Positions 53,201 through 64,000 of a stretch of 64,000 nucleotides of DNA are shown here, in pieces (the stretch's first letter is position 1; each line of letters begins with the position of its first letter). The notes beneath the pieces are model-generated. The model did no database searches and had not been told where the DNA came from. It was given only the letters and a program-made list of their open reading frames with translations. This stretch comes from Raillietiella orientalis (Eukaryota): positions 2,914,001-2,978,000 of the forward strand of contig JAYWIR010000004.1 in assembly GCA_036172245.1 (NCBI GenBank). The letters run 5' to 3'. A program made the translations under genes and the position numbers.

Positions 53201-56043
53201 CAACTAGATGACTCCAATCCCAAGCAGATGGAGGTGATGAATTTTTAAACAGAGCGGGCATTACCTGCACTTCGCCCGGCCCGGAGCGCGCGCTCCCCAC
53301 TGTGATCGGCGGTCACTCTTCCTGCCTTCCTCCTCCTTCCTTCCCCGCCTGCCCCCAGCGGCACGTGCGTGCGGTGGCCGGGATGGTGCGGGGCGGTGGT
53401 GGTGGGGTGGGGGGAAGTTTCCCGCTGCCCCGTTCGGAACCTCCTCCTCCCCCCTGTGCCCCCTCCCCTCCTCTCCCTCTCCCCGGATCGGACCCCGGCC
53501 GGAGCCACAAGGACGGGCGGAGCGCTCGCTGATCCAGATGAATTCCACGACCAGGCAGGCACCCGACCCTTTATTTGTAGGTTGGCTATGAATTATTGCA
53601 TTCCGCTTAATTATTTGAACAATAATTTTTTTTTTCTTTTCTTCCTTTACCTTGACCCCAACTCCATTATTATTTATTGCTATTTTTATCCAATGGCATC
53701 CCGACAGTCCGGAGACGAAACTGTTTTCGACGCGTAGCTGTTCCCGCGTCGTCCGCGCGGCGAGTTTATTGTTTTCCATTAAAACAACAGGAGGAGAGGG
53801 AAAAGCAACCGTCCTGGGCGAAAACCGAGCGGATCCGCCGCGCGTGCGCGCTCGCTCGCCCGCACGTGCGAGGAGGGAGCCGCGCGGGAAGATTCCGCCG
53901 CCGAACGCCTGGAAAAGGGGGGAAGCCGGGCTAATAATAATACGACGACGCTTTTTCCTCCCTGATTCGGGATGAGATTCCGTCCGCGAAGCTGTGATCT
54001 GTAATCGCTTTCGAGTTATTACATTCTTCACCTTGGTTTCCTCCCCCCCCTCCCTCCCTCCCTCCCTCCTCCTCCTCCTCCTCCTCCTGCCTCCCCAGCG
54101 GCGAGCGAGGCTCTGTCCCTCCTCCCCCCCTGTCTTTCCTATCGTTGTTTACGAGAGCGAGCGCATGCGTAATGAACTCAATCATCTCGAAAATATGCGC
54201 AGGGTCAAAGAAAGCGCCGAAGAAGTACGACGTCGGGAAAAGCTCGCGTTGTTGTGCGTGCGACCGTGTGCGCGCACGCGCGCGCGCGCGTGTACGTGTT
54301 GTGTTTCGCTATTGCCACTCACCCGCCTTCCCCGGCCTGTCTCGCGTTCTGTTTACGTAACGAGCGCCTTCTGCAAAGGAGAGGAGACGCACGCAATCGG
54401 CGTCCGGGCGGCTCGCGTTCCAAATATTTGCCTCTCCCAAAGCGCGCTCGGCCCGCGTGAGCGGACCCGGAACGCGGCGGGCACGGTTCCGCGCGCGCAA
54501 CGTCTTCCTGGGACGTCCCAGGGGGTGCGCGCAGGAGAAGAAGGGGAAGGGAGAACCTCGGGAGACCCTACCTGCCCTCCCCCCCCCCTCGTCCTTCGTG
54601 GCGTCGAGCGCGCGCACACCCCGCCAGGTTGCGCGCAACTCTTTCGCTTCGCTTTGATGTTGGCCAGAAAGAAGAGCGGGAAGAGCGGATGCCGACGAAC
54701 ATCCGCCGCCCCGCCGACTGAAAGGGAAACGCGGAGAAAGCGGGCGACTGGCGGAAGGAAGCTGCACGGTGGGCGCGCGAAACAATGGCGGCAACAATGA
54801 GACGGAAGGTGCGACGCGGCACGCGCGCGGGAGCGGCGGCGTGACGTGATCGGCCGAAAAACCAAGGACGAAAGAGACAACAATGAGCCGCCGGGTAGCG
54901 GTGGAGGCGGGGGGGGGGGATTCCCACACGACGCAACAATGAAACGAAAGGAAGGACGGGGGAACGGACAGCGAAAGCACGCCATTACGCAAGGCTGAGA
55001 GATGACGCACGGAGTAGACATGACGGTATAAAATAACCGATGGCAGTAAACAGCAGAGCCGAAACCATGGGAACGGCGGTGGGAGCGATGAGAGAGGCAT
55101 GCGAGACCGAGCGGAAACCAAAACAATAATAACAACAACAATTATTATTCTTATTATGGTAACAAAACAAAAAACAAAACAAAAAAAAAGTGGAACAGGA
55201 ATGCGAACAAAGGACGAAAACAGGGCAGCGCGAACAATAATAACAATGGCGATAACAACGAAGCGAAAACAACACGAACAACGCGATCTAATAATAGCAG
55301 CGAGATGAACGGCAGAGGGGGGAAGCGAAGGCAAAACGGAAGCGCGATAACAGGGCAACCACAATAAAATAATAATGGAAACAAAACAACGACGTGGCAA
55401 CCAATGAAATCAAGCGCTGTGCGACCGTCGAGTCGCGTCGGCTGCCGCCCGGTCTTTCGCGCCAGGGAGCGAGCGGCACTTGCGGCAACGGACATTCGCT
55501 GCGCGCGGCCCTGACGCCACTTGGCCCGGCGTTGCACCCGCGGGGAGGTAGGGATTGAGGGGGGGGGGGAGTGGAACATCCCCTCGGCGCCGCATCAGCA
55601 CCACCACCAGCACCACTGCCGCCCCGAAGAGCCGCAGCAGCGCCTTCGCGGACGACCACGATGACGCGGGAGGGGGGGGCAAGTAGCCCAGGTGCACAGC
55701 TGCCAGACAGGGCGGCAGCGGCGTGGCGGCGGCGGCGTCCTGGCCGCGGACGAACGCGCTCGCGGACGGGCAGAACAAAGGCAGCCTCCGGCGACACGCG
55801 TGCGTGCGTTGCCGCCGCCGCCGCCGCCGCGTCACAGCTCCGCAAAGACGCGGGCGTGCACCTCCCGGTCTCCCGAACAGGAGGACGGCAGCGACCCGGC
55901 GGACGGGAGCGGTGCGGAACCACCCAAGCTCACCCCCTTCCCCTCCCCACATTCACACCCTCTCCCGCTCCCACTTGCGCGCCTCCCCTTGCGGCGGCCC
56001 TTCCTCCTCCGGAAAATGAAAGGGAACGGGGGCGGCGGGGGGG

Positions 56044-56185
56044 GGAGGGTTAGTGGAAATGGGAAAAAAACAGGGCCTCCTCCTCCTCGTCGCCCTCCTC
56101 GCTGCTCTCGGTTCCTTTCCGAAAGGGCGACGGGAGCGAAGAGGAGGAGGAGGGCCTGTTTTTTTCCCATTTCCACTAACCCTCC
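56044..56185. repeat. Long inverted repeat (50-bp arms, 2 mismatches, 42-nt spacer)
   Basis: Left arm 56044-56093 GGAGGGTTAGTGGAAATGGGAAAAAAACAGGgCCTCCTCCTCCTCgTCGC; 56136-56185 is its reverse complement with 2 mismatches, and the outer 31 bp pair perfectly. Confidence 0.92.
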
Positions 56186-59100
56186 GACGGGAGCGCGCCG
56201 AGCGTTCTGGGGGAAAGCGAGGGGGACGCTGGGCGCAGGCGCGGGCCAGCTCGCCGCAGAGGGATCCGCCCTCCTTCCGTCGCAGCAGGGATTTTTCTGG
56301 AATGCTGTCTCCCCCGTCCCTGCTGCCCGCGCGCCGCGGCTTCCCTTCAGCTCATTCCTGACGGGTTACCCGCGGAAGGGAAACTGCGGGAGCCAGGGGA
56401 GGACCGCCGGAGTCGAGAAGAGGGGAGCAGGGGGAAGGAAGGGAGGGATCTTCCGGGAGAGGCCGCGCCCGTTCTTCCTGGCCTTCCTTCAAACCCGGAA
56501 ACCCAAGTGCGCCACAGGGAGGAGGAGGTGCCGAAGAGGGAGGGAAGGGGGGGAATTCCCGGCGGGGTTTTCGGTGCTCTCCTCTCGCCGGAGGGAGGAT
56601 CCCGAGGCGCCCTCTCTTCCCCGACCCCCCTCTCGGAGGGCGTGCCACAAGAGCGGAGCCCCTGGCACCCTCTCTTCCCGGTATCGGCAGCGGTCCCCGC
56701 CGTCGCTTAAGGGGACTCCTTCCGGCGTCATGAGGACGCGGCAGGGGGGGGGGGGGATGGTCCCCATTCTAAAGCATAATTGTTTTGCCTTTTACTGAAG
56801 AATTCCGTAGACGGGGATGTCTAAATGAGTTTTTAGACGAATTTTTGGATGTGACGCCCCCGTGGACTGGGAGGGCAGGAAGAAGAGGAGGAGGAGTCCC
56901 GGGGGAAGGTGGGCGCCTCCTCCCTGAGGAGGTCGGGCATTCTCCACCTAGGCGTCGGCCCGCCACCCGCCCGTCCTGGCCGCGCGGGGCGCTTCGTCGG
57001 GAGGGCGCGTTGGCATGCGAGGGAGGTGGAGCCGGGCGGGAACCCCGCCCTCCACTGCCCCTCCCCAGTCGTCCTCCAACCCGCCGGAAAGGGCGGCGGG
57101 GCCGCCGCCCCCGACGTGCGCGTGAAAGGGGAAAATCAGAGCGACCAGGAAGCGCTGGCACCTCCCCCCCGCCCATCCTCGCGTGCACCACCACCGCCCC
57201 GCTCCCGTCTCGAAGGTCCCTGCCATTGCCCGGGGAGGTGCATGGAGAGGAGGTCAGGGGATAGGGAAGGTGGGCCACCACTCCGTCCCTCCCTCCCCCG
57301 ACTGCCCTCAACGTCCCTCCCCCCAGGATCCTCAGACGGACTTACCTCCCCGGGACGTGCTCTCTCCGATATGGAAACCCTACTCCTTTTCCGGGAGATT
57401 CCTTCCCTCGCCGTCTCCACTCATCCGGCCGGCCCTCCGTGACCGGTGGCAGAGGGGGGCGACCACCCACCCGCAGACGGGAGGTCCGAAGGGGAGGGTG
57501 ATCGGGCGTCACATGACGTCCGACCATCGCCGGGCTTTGCTCCCCCCCTGGAGGAGGCAGGGCGCCCGAGGATGGAGGGGGAGGGGCGAGCGGGGAACGC
57601 AGTTCGCCGCAGGTCGCTCTCCCAGGAAAGGAGGGAGAGGAGGGGAGGGGAAGGGGAACATCCGCTTCCCTTCCTCTCCTCCCACCCCGCCGCTCCCCTC
57701 CTCCCTTCAGCAAACATCCAGTAGCCGGCACGGCCGGCCACCCCGGAGTGCGGTCGCCCTCCGGGAGAGGGAGACGCGGGGAAGAGGAGGAGGCTGCCCC
57801 CCTCCCTCTCCCCCATCAGCCTCGAAGGCACTGAGCAGCCACCGCCATCACCTTCCGCGTGGGGGGAGGGGAAAAGCTGCCAGGGAGAAGCGGGATGGTG
57901 CGTCTGGATCGGGAGTGAAAGGGGAGGGAGGAGGGAGTCTCTCCCCATTTTTCCCCTTTTTTTTTCCTCCCGCATCGCCTCCCTTCCCTCGCCCCATCGG
58001 CTCTCCCCTCAGGCGTCGTCGCGGAAGGCGCGCGCCGACGCGCTTCCCGGCACATCTCGAGCGCTCCCCTTCTCTGCGGACCGGCGGCCATTTTTTTCTC
58101 TGACGCGCCTAAAAATAGGTCGCCGGCGCGCGCCTCCCCCTCTCCCCTGCCTCCTCCTCCATTCCGATAGAGTGGCGGCAGAACCGACGCCCTCCACCCC
58201 AGCGTGCACCCCACGTTCTCAGAAGGGTGGGGAGGGGAAGCGGAAGGGTTCTGTGGTCGCACGAGCCGCTGCTGCACTCCTCCCCCACCCCGAGAGCCCT
58301 CGGCTGCCCAGCATTACCTCTCGGGCAGGTCCCGTTCCCCTTCCCCTCAGAGGAGGAGGAGGAGGACACGCGCCCCTACGCAAGGACGGAGCGGGGCGCT
58401 GGCGACGGGGACAGCTCCCCTGGCGGTCCACCACCTGGGGATCTGGAGCTCCTACGGCGGGAAGAGGCTTCCTCTGAAACCCCTTCGCAGCGGCCACCAC
58501 CCCACCCTCGTCCCCTCCCCACTCTCTCCTTGCCCGCCGGGGAAGTGGACGTGGAGGACTCTCTGACGTCCTTCTCCTTCCCCGCGAGCCGGAGGGGACA
58601 GCAGGGGGGAGGAAGGCAGCGTCCCAGCCCTTCCCCTTCTCGCGAAGGTAGCCGCTGCTCTCCCCCTCCTGCCTTCCACCCGTCCGACCGTGCGTTTCCC
58701 TGGCAACCGCAGCTGCGGTAGCAGCAGCTTCCGACCGAAAGGAGGAAGTTCGGGTCGCGGCTTGCTCTGGAGATCCCGGCCATCCCATGGGGAATGGTCC
58801 GGGGAAGGAGGAGAGAGCTGGGAGTGGCTTCTGGGATCTCCTTCTTCCCCACCCACCCCCACCTTGCGCCACGCGCGTCACCTCCCGGCTTCCAGGGCGC
58901 AGCGTGCCGACGTGCTCGCCCCGCTGCGGAGGAGAGGGGTCCTGCATGCCTACTCCTCCATCTCTCAGCCATTCCCGCGTTCGGGACCTGCCCGCCATCC
59001 CGCTGCGCGCCCGGAGGCGATAGCCGACGCCCGTCCGCGCTTCGGGCGGATTCGCGCGCGCGCCTCTTCCCGCGGGTTCGGGGAGGAGGCGGAAGAGGAG

Positions 59101-60828
59101 GAGGAAAGGGAACATCCGGGACTCCCGCCGGCTGGAGCAGCGACAGCTCGAGCCCCGGCTCCTCCCCTTCACTGTGGTCCATCTCAGCGACTCTGCGCGC
59201 CGAGATCCGCCCTGAAGCCGCGTGCGCGCGGAGACACCCCTGCCGTCGGGGGTCCGCCGGCTGCCCGTACCATCTCCCTTTTCCGGGAAGGTCGAAGAAT
59301 CCCTCTGGAGAGAGCGAACGGCACGCGAACCCTGACTCCTCCACCGAGGGCATCTCCCTGTGGGGCCGGCGAGCGAGCGCGGGAGGGCGAGTTCACTCCC
59401 CTCCCTCTCGTTTCCGGCCAGTCCCGTAACGGGAAGGGGGCCGACCCCTCTCTTCCCGACCCCCCCGACCACGTGGCCCCATCGGGCGGGAGAGGAGCAG
59501 CAGCGCCGCTCCGGTGACCTCCCCGCCGTTCCCACACTGACCACCTCCTTCCCCCCCCCCCCCCCCCTTCCCCGAGGGACGAGGGAAGCCGCTGCTGGCT
59601 TCCTGCTTCCGGGCTGCTCTGTCGTCCGCACGGTCCCGCCGCCGTTCCTTCCTCCAGGGAAAGCAAACGGGTGCGGCTATCCCGACTGTCTCCGCTGCGG
59701 GGTCTTCTCTCCCCTCGAGCCGCTGTCGTCTTCCGGCAGTCGCTGACCGCTTTGCGCAGCACGGGATGGTGGACGGGGAGACACGGGAAAGAAAGGACGT
59801 CCGGGCGTGGGGGGGGAGGGGGGACTGCCTTCGGGTGCACGCAAACCTCCGCTGGGATTCCTCCCCCCTACGCGGATCGACGACGAGGTGCCCCGAGGGT
59901 GCAGGAACCCGACTGCACCTCGTGCAACCCCCCCGACCCGGTGAATCCCGTGCTCCGCTCGGCGGCTTCGAGGGAGGAAGAGGGCAAGTAGGTGGGGTGG
60001 CGACGACGGTAGTCCGAGTAGGGAGGTGTGGACACAAGGTAGAGGGGCCTGCCCAGCCACACCTGCTGCTCCTCCTCCTCTGCCCTACCGGCCTCACCCC
60101 AGCGGCACCCCGCAAATTCTTCGGGGTAGGGAAGGAGGGGGGGGGGGGAAACATCGGAGAAAGCGCGTGTCACTCGCAGCGCAGGCGCACCGCGCTTCGA
60201 GCTGCACGCCAAGAGCGCTGCCTTCCGCAGCATCCGAGCCGCGCGCTGATCGGCCAGGAACGAATGCCAGGCACGGCCACTTCCGGAGTGTCGCACGCAT
60301 CGCCACCGCACCAACACACACACACGCGGGCGGTTCACGCAGCAGCTTTCCCTCCCACGCACGCGGCACACCGAAGCAGGGACCGTCGTCGCCGGAGCTT
60401 TCGTCCCCTGGAGCAGTTCCCGTGCCGTCAGGCAGGAGGACCCCTTGGCCAAAGAGGCGCCTCCTGGGTTCCCTCCCCGCGTCAGGAACGTGGAAACGTA
60501 GGCGGTTGGACGAAGACGCACCAAACGACCGGGGTCAAGTCACACACCCTCTTTTCTTCCCGTGCAGGGAGAGCTTCCCTTCCTCCCTGCCCCAAACGAA
60601 CGTTTGGCTGCATCGACGCAGAGACGTCCGACCGCGCGCCGCAGACAGAGGTCGCCCACGCTTCCGCCCCCCAGGCTCTCTCCCCGTTCCGCGTCCTCCC
60701 CGAGCGCCGCACCTCGGCTTCACCGCTGAGCACGTCGGAAGATTCCGCCAATCAGCGCGCGCCTGGTCGCAAGCGCCGCTAAAGTCATTGAACTGCAACA
60801 ATTAAAAAAAAATAAGAATATCTGGTAA

Positions 60829-60834
60829 TTTATT
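60829..60834 (-). terminator. Candidate polyadenylation signal of the bab-like gene
   Basis: AATAAA on the minus strand followed by a U-rich downstream element (TATTCTTATTTTTTTTT); a more proximal AATAAA lies at 61047-61052. Confidence 0.5.
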
Positions 60835-61203
60835 AAAAACTTTTCCGTATCACTGCACGCCGGACGAACTTCCCCTAATCACTTGCTGCCCCTGCGGAGA
60901 TCATTGCCCTTACCCTCCGAGGGAACGCGCGCGCCCCACACTTTGGGGAGCGCTGCTCCGCGAGAAATTCGCCGGCCAAATGCTCCTCTTGCAGCTCTCA
61001 CCGCCGAGGGTCGACCGGTAGAAAATGCTTCCAGAAGAAATAATCATTTATTGATCTGCACACAAGGATATGGTAATCAGAAAGGTTGATCTGACTCGTG
61101 CCGGCGGCCCCTTGGGTGCGGCGACGATCCCTGAAGCTAGAAGACGATACAGCATGGCACAGCTACGCACTACGCATCCTATGTACATCCTGTCGCTGGA
61201 CCT

Positions 61204-62339
61204 TCACTGGGGTTCACCGTTGTGCTGCGGGATGACTCCCAGCTGCGCGATTGTATCTAGAATGCCTTCCACGTTGCGTGGGGACGGACACTTGGTGAGA
61301 TTAAGGGCTGTGAGAGTAGCAGGGGTGTTCTCCTGGACTTCTCCAATCAAGGTGTCGTCGGCAACTACTTCCAACTGATCGTGTGGGTCCATGTGGTCGG
61401 GAGAATGTTGGGCAGAAGGCGGGATGTCCCCGAAAGTTTCAGAGTTGGTCAGATCGGGAGTCTTCATGGAGGAGGTCGAGTTGTTTCCGGACGTGTCCCG
61501 GAATATTACTGTGCGGATAACGTTTGCGATCTGCTGCTCGGACCAGGTGCCCAGCAGGATTCGCTGCGGCCTGCCGCGGCCCTTTGGTCTCAGTTCGGAA
61601 CCGTTGGGCGATGGGCCGAGCATGTTGTGGACTCGATTGGCGTAGAGCACGAAAGTCGGATACGGGATGTCGTACTTGCGTGCAGCCTGGGATAGCGAGA
61701 GTCCTTCGTGTAACACAGCACGGATGGCCAGAGCCATGGTTTCGGGCTTCCAGGACTTCAGCGGACCTCTTTCGCGAAAACGCCATGCCTGCAAGAGTGA
61801 ATGGTTCTGCGACCAGGCTTTCTGCCACAAGCTCTGCATCTGGTACTGGTAAGTTTCCGCCAACTGAAGGGCTTCCGGTCTGACTCCGGGGAGAGGTTCT
61901 TCTTTCACAGTGACGTCAGCTAAGTCGTTCGGTGCCATTCCAAAGCCAGCTGGGCTGTGAGTCATCGGCGAGTCACCAGAATAGCCACGCTTGTGAAATG
62001 AACGACTGCTGGTGAGGCCAGAAATGTGGGCTCTCCTCCAGAGAGTCATGACTGGGATCTTGTATTGAAGGGCCGCTCTCTGGATGGGTACTCCGTCTTT
62101 CACCAGCTGCAAGGCGTTTTGCATCTCCGCTTCCGTCCACTTCCACTTGGACCCATGCCGCGAACGTCCGTATCCAGCTTCGGCTTCTTCGTTCACCTCT
62201 ACCCGAGATTCTGTAATTAAAAGAGGTTTCGAAGAAAGCCAACTGGCGATTTACCAGAAATTAATGGTTGATGTATTTGTGACCAACCCAATGCATTCTG
62301 CAGCTGAGCCGTGTCGAACAGGTGGCTATTCTCCATCAT
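61204..62339 (-). CDS. bab: bric-a-brac-like transcription factor: two Psq helix-turn-helix domains + AT-hook
   Basis: Exon 62210-61204 encodes QYQMQSLWQKAW...FRERGPLKSWKPETMALAIRAVLHEGLSLSQAARKYDIPYPTFVLYANRVHNMLGPS...RPKGRGRPQRILLG...VIFRD, the Bab conserved domain (Psq + AT-hook). A second Psq lies upstream of it (WTEAEMQNAL...AALQYKIPVMTLWRRAH). A 44-nt GT-AG intron (62211-62254) joins in phase to an upstream exon starting either at ATG 62339 or at the acceptor at 62364, so the true 5' end is uncertain. Confidence 0.88.
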
Positions 62340-62837
62340 CTTCACATTCTCCAGCAATTTGGCCTGAAACGGGAGGATCATTTGCCGAACACGATATTAT
62401 TCCCTTTGCATTCGGATCACAAAAATTACTGGCTTTACGCAATGCTGCGAACAATTCCACAATAAAATCCCGATGGCGGGGAAATTGGGCCTCGCGATTG
62501 GCTAGCCTGGTTTTGGGAGGCGATGATGCCATCTTTCACCGTGATAACTTGACCATCGCATTATGTCCATTACGAACGAGGAATTGTACTCGGGAAGAAA
62601 AGGAACGCGGAGCTTTCCGTGTAATTTTTCATATGTACTTTTTCTAATAGTGAAATCTGTGGAGACGCCGGCAATCACACATTCCCGGGGAAGTTGAATA
62701 CCCCCGCTGAAACGACGAGCCGCAGAAGCGGGATGAAAGAGCACAGGAGATGATGATGACACTTGAGAAGTAATTTCGTCAGATGCAAATTCGAACGTTC
62801 GAATTTTCATACATACAAACAGTAACAAGGCAGGGAG

Positions 62838-62863
62838 GAGTGAGTGAGTGAGTGAGTGAGTGA

Positions 62864-62900
<37 letters not shown>

Positions 62901-62922
62901 CGCGCGCGCGCACGCGTGTGTG
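62838..62922. repeat. Compound microsatellite (GAGT)n-(GT)n-(GC)n upstream of the bab-like CDS
   Basis: Directly visible; the (GT)n-(GC)n part is an alternating purine-pyrimidine tract. Confidence 0.9.
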
Positions 62923-64000
62923 CGAGCGTTTTTTTTTTTCCTGCTTTCCAGGAAAGGAACTGATTGTACACACACGACAAATGGGATTTCCGTCGAATTC
63001 GTTCGTACGAAGCCTCTGCAACGTTTTCGCTGCTCCTACAAACGGGAGGGGATGGGGGGGGGGGGAAATGCGAGCAAGCTTCCTCGAGCAGAATCTACGT
63101 ATGTACATTACCGATGGGGGGGGGGGGCGAGGAAGAAGAGGGGGAGGGGGGAGGGAGAGAGAAGTCAAAAAGTAATAAAAAATGCGAGAGCGCTAATCCT
63201 CAATCTTTTTCGATCAATTATTCCATGACTTCTTATTAGCACGTCCCATCTTCCTTAAAACTAATGTGTAACTTAAAGTGTTCCTCATGAAAATTTATAT
63301 CTTGCCGGGATTATTAGCATACACTATACACTATGAGTACAGGTGCGAACACAAAGGATTGGGCTCCTCTTCACTCGGACGCGCCAGGCAAGGAAGCAAA
63401 GAGGAGGAGGAGGAAAGAGAAAAGAAGAAGGAAAAATAATAAAACCCGGAATGAGCTACTTTAAAATCCTCATAATTTTGCAATCAGTGCTTTTCGGTTC
63501 GTACCCTTTTTTACGAGAACTCGAGCTGTTCCCGCGGAGGACTTTCGAAAAGTTTCATTACCCCCCCCCCCCATAAATCGGGTCCACGCATTTTCCACAA
63601 TAAAGTTTTTATCCCACTTTATTTTTCTCCTTCTGGGAGGACGGAATCGAAAATTTTCACCGTCGGCTGCGAAATCAATATTTTCGCGTGGAGACGCCTC
63701 GAATTTATGTTTTCGCAGGAGGACGGCGAAAAGATAAACAGCGCCTCTCGTGCAGGAGTCACGGGGATTATAAAAACACACACAGGGACCGAGCGAAGTG
63801 CTCCAGGATCCTGCTCGCGCGCGTGCACGCGGAAAAGCTTCCTTCCTTCCTGTGTACACGTGTCCCTTCCGAAGAACACACCGTACGGTAACCGAAAGTC
63901 ATTGCAAAAGTTCAGCCGTATCACTCGGCGTCCACAACGCGCACCGAGCCATCATCGGAGCGATATGCTCGGCTTCGTTTCGAAATTCCTTACGAAATAT

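Larger units (their letters stand above)
34600..60800. promoter_or_regulatory. ~26 kb GC/CpG-rich non-coding block (gene desert) downstream of the bab-like gene; probable cis-regulatory landscape
   Basis: No recognisable domain in any frame; ORFs overlap in all six frames and are low-complexity R/G/P/S-rich. Abundant G/C homopolymers and GA/CT tracts, with interspersed AT-rich high-complexity islands. The regulatory role is inferred. Confidence 0.5.

Noticed and set aside
54309..55400. 363-aa hydrophobic 'membrane protein' ORF on the minus strand
   Set aside because: The hydrophobicity comes from translating the T-rich complement of an AAC/AAT-rich low-complexity tract.
61048..61206. Stop-codon readthrough of the bab-like TGA (frame stays open for ~50 codons)
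   Set aside because: The TGA-A context is not the leaky TGA-C type and no conservation evidence is available; an alternative terminal exon is possible but unsupported.

Overview
Eukaryotic (animal, probably ecdysozoan invertebrate) genomic DNA with spliceosomal GT-AG introns, most only 39-56 nt long. No prokaryotic operons, CRISPR arrays or rRNA were seen. Five protein-coding genes could be built by hand with phase-consistent exons: (1) the 3' part of a 5'-nucleotidase/calcineurin-like metallophosphoesterase (+, 285-12233, 5' end outside the window); (2) SYS1 (-, 13991-14626); (3) PHAF1/C16orf70 (+, 17839-20195); (4) an MPP7/Metro-type MAGUK (-, ~20199-29274) whose 3' end abuts or overlaps that of PHAF1 and which has a 30-nt micro-exon in its PDZ binding loop; (5) a bric-a-brac-like transcription factor with two Psq domains, an AT-hook and no intact BTB in the window (-, 61204-62339). 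The window is a compositional mosaic. The housekeeping gene bodies are AT-rich and CpG-depleted, suggesting gene-body methylation. A ~26 kb GC/CpG-rich, apparently non-coding block (~34.6-60.8 kb) lies directly downstream of the bab-like gene. That block holds AT-rich enhancer-like islands, a single-strand cluster of Sox-type AACAAT motifs, a 142-bp near-perfect hairpin and a tandem hairpin repeat, with a degenerate tRNA-like element at its left edge. The many long ORFs there are GC-driven artefacts. I found no clearly novel multi-gene system; the findings are mostly regulatory or gene-structure oddities that need checking.
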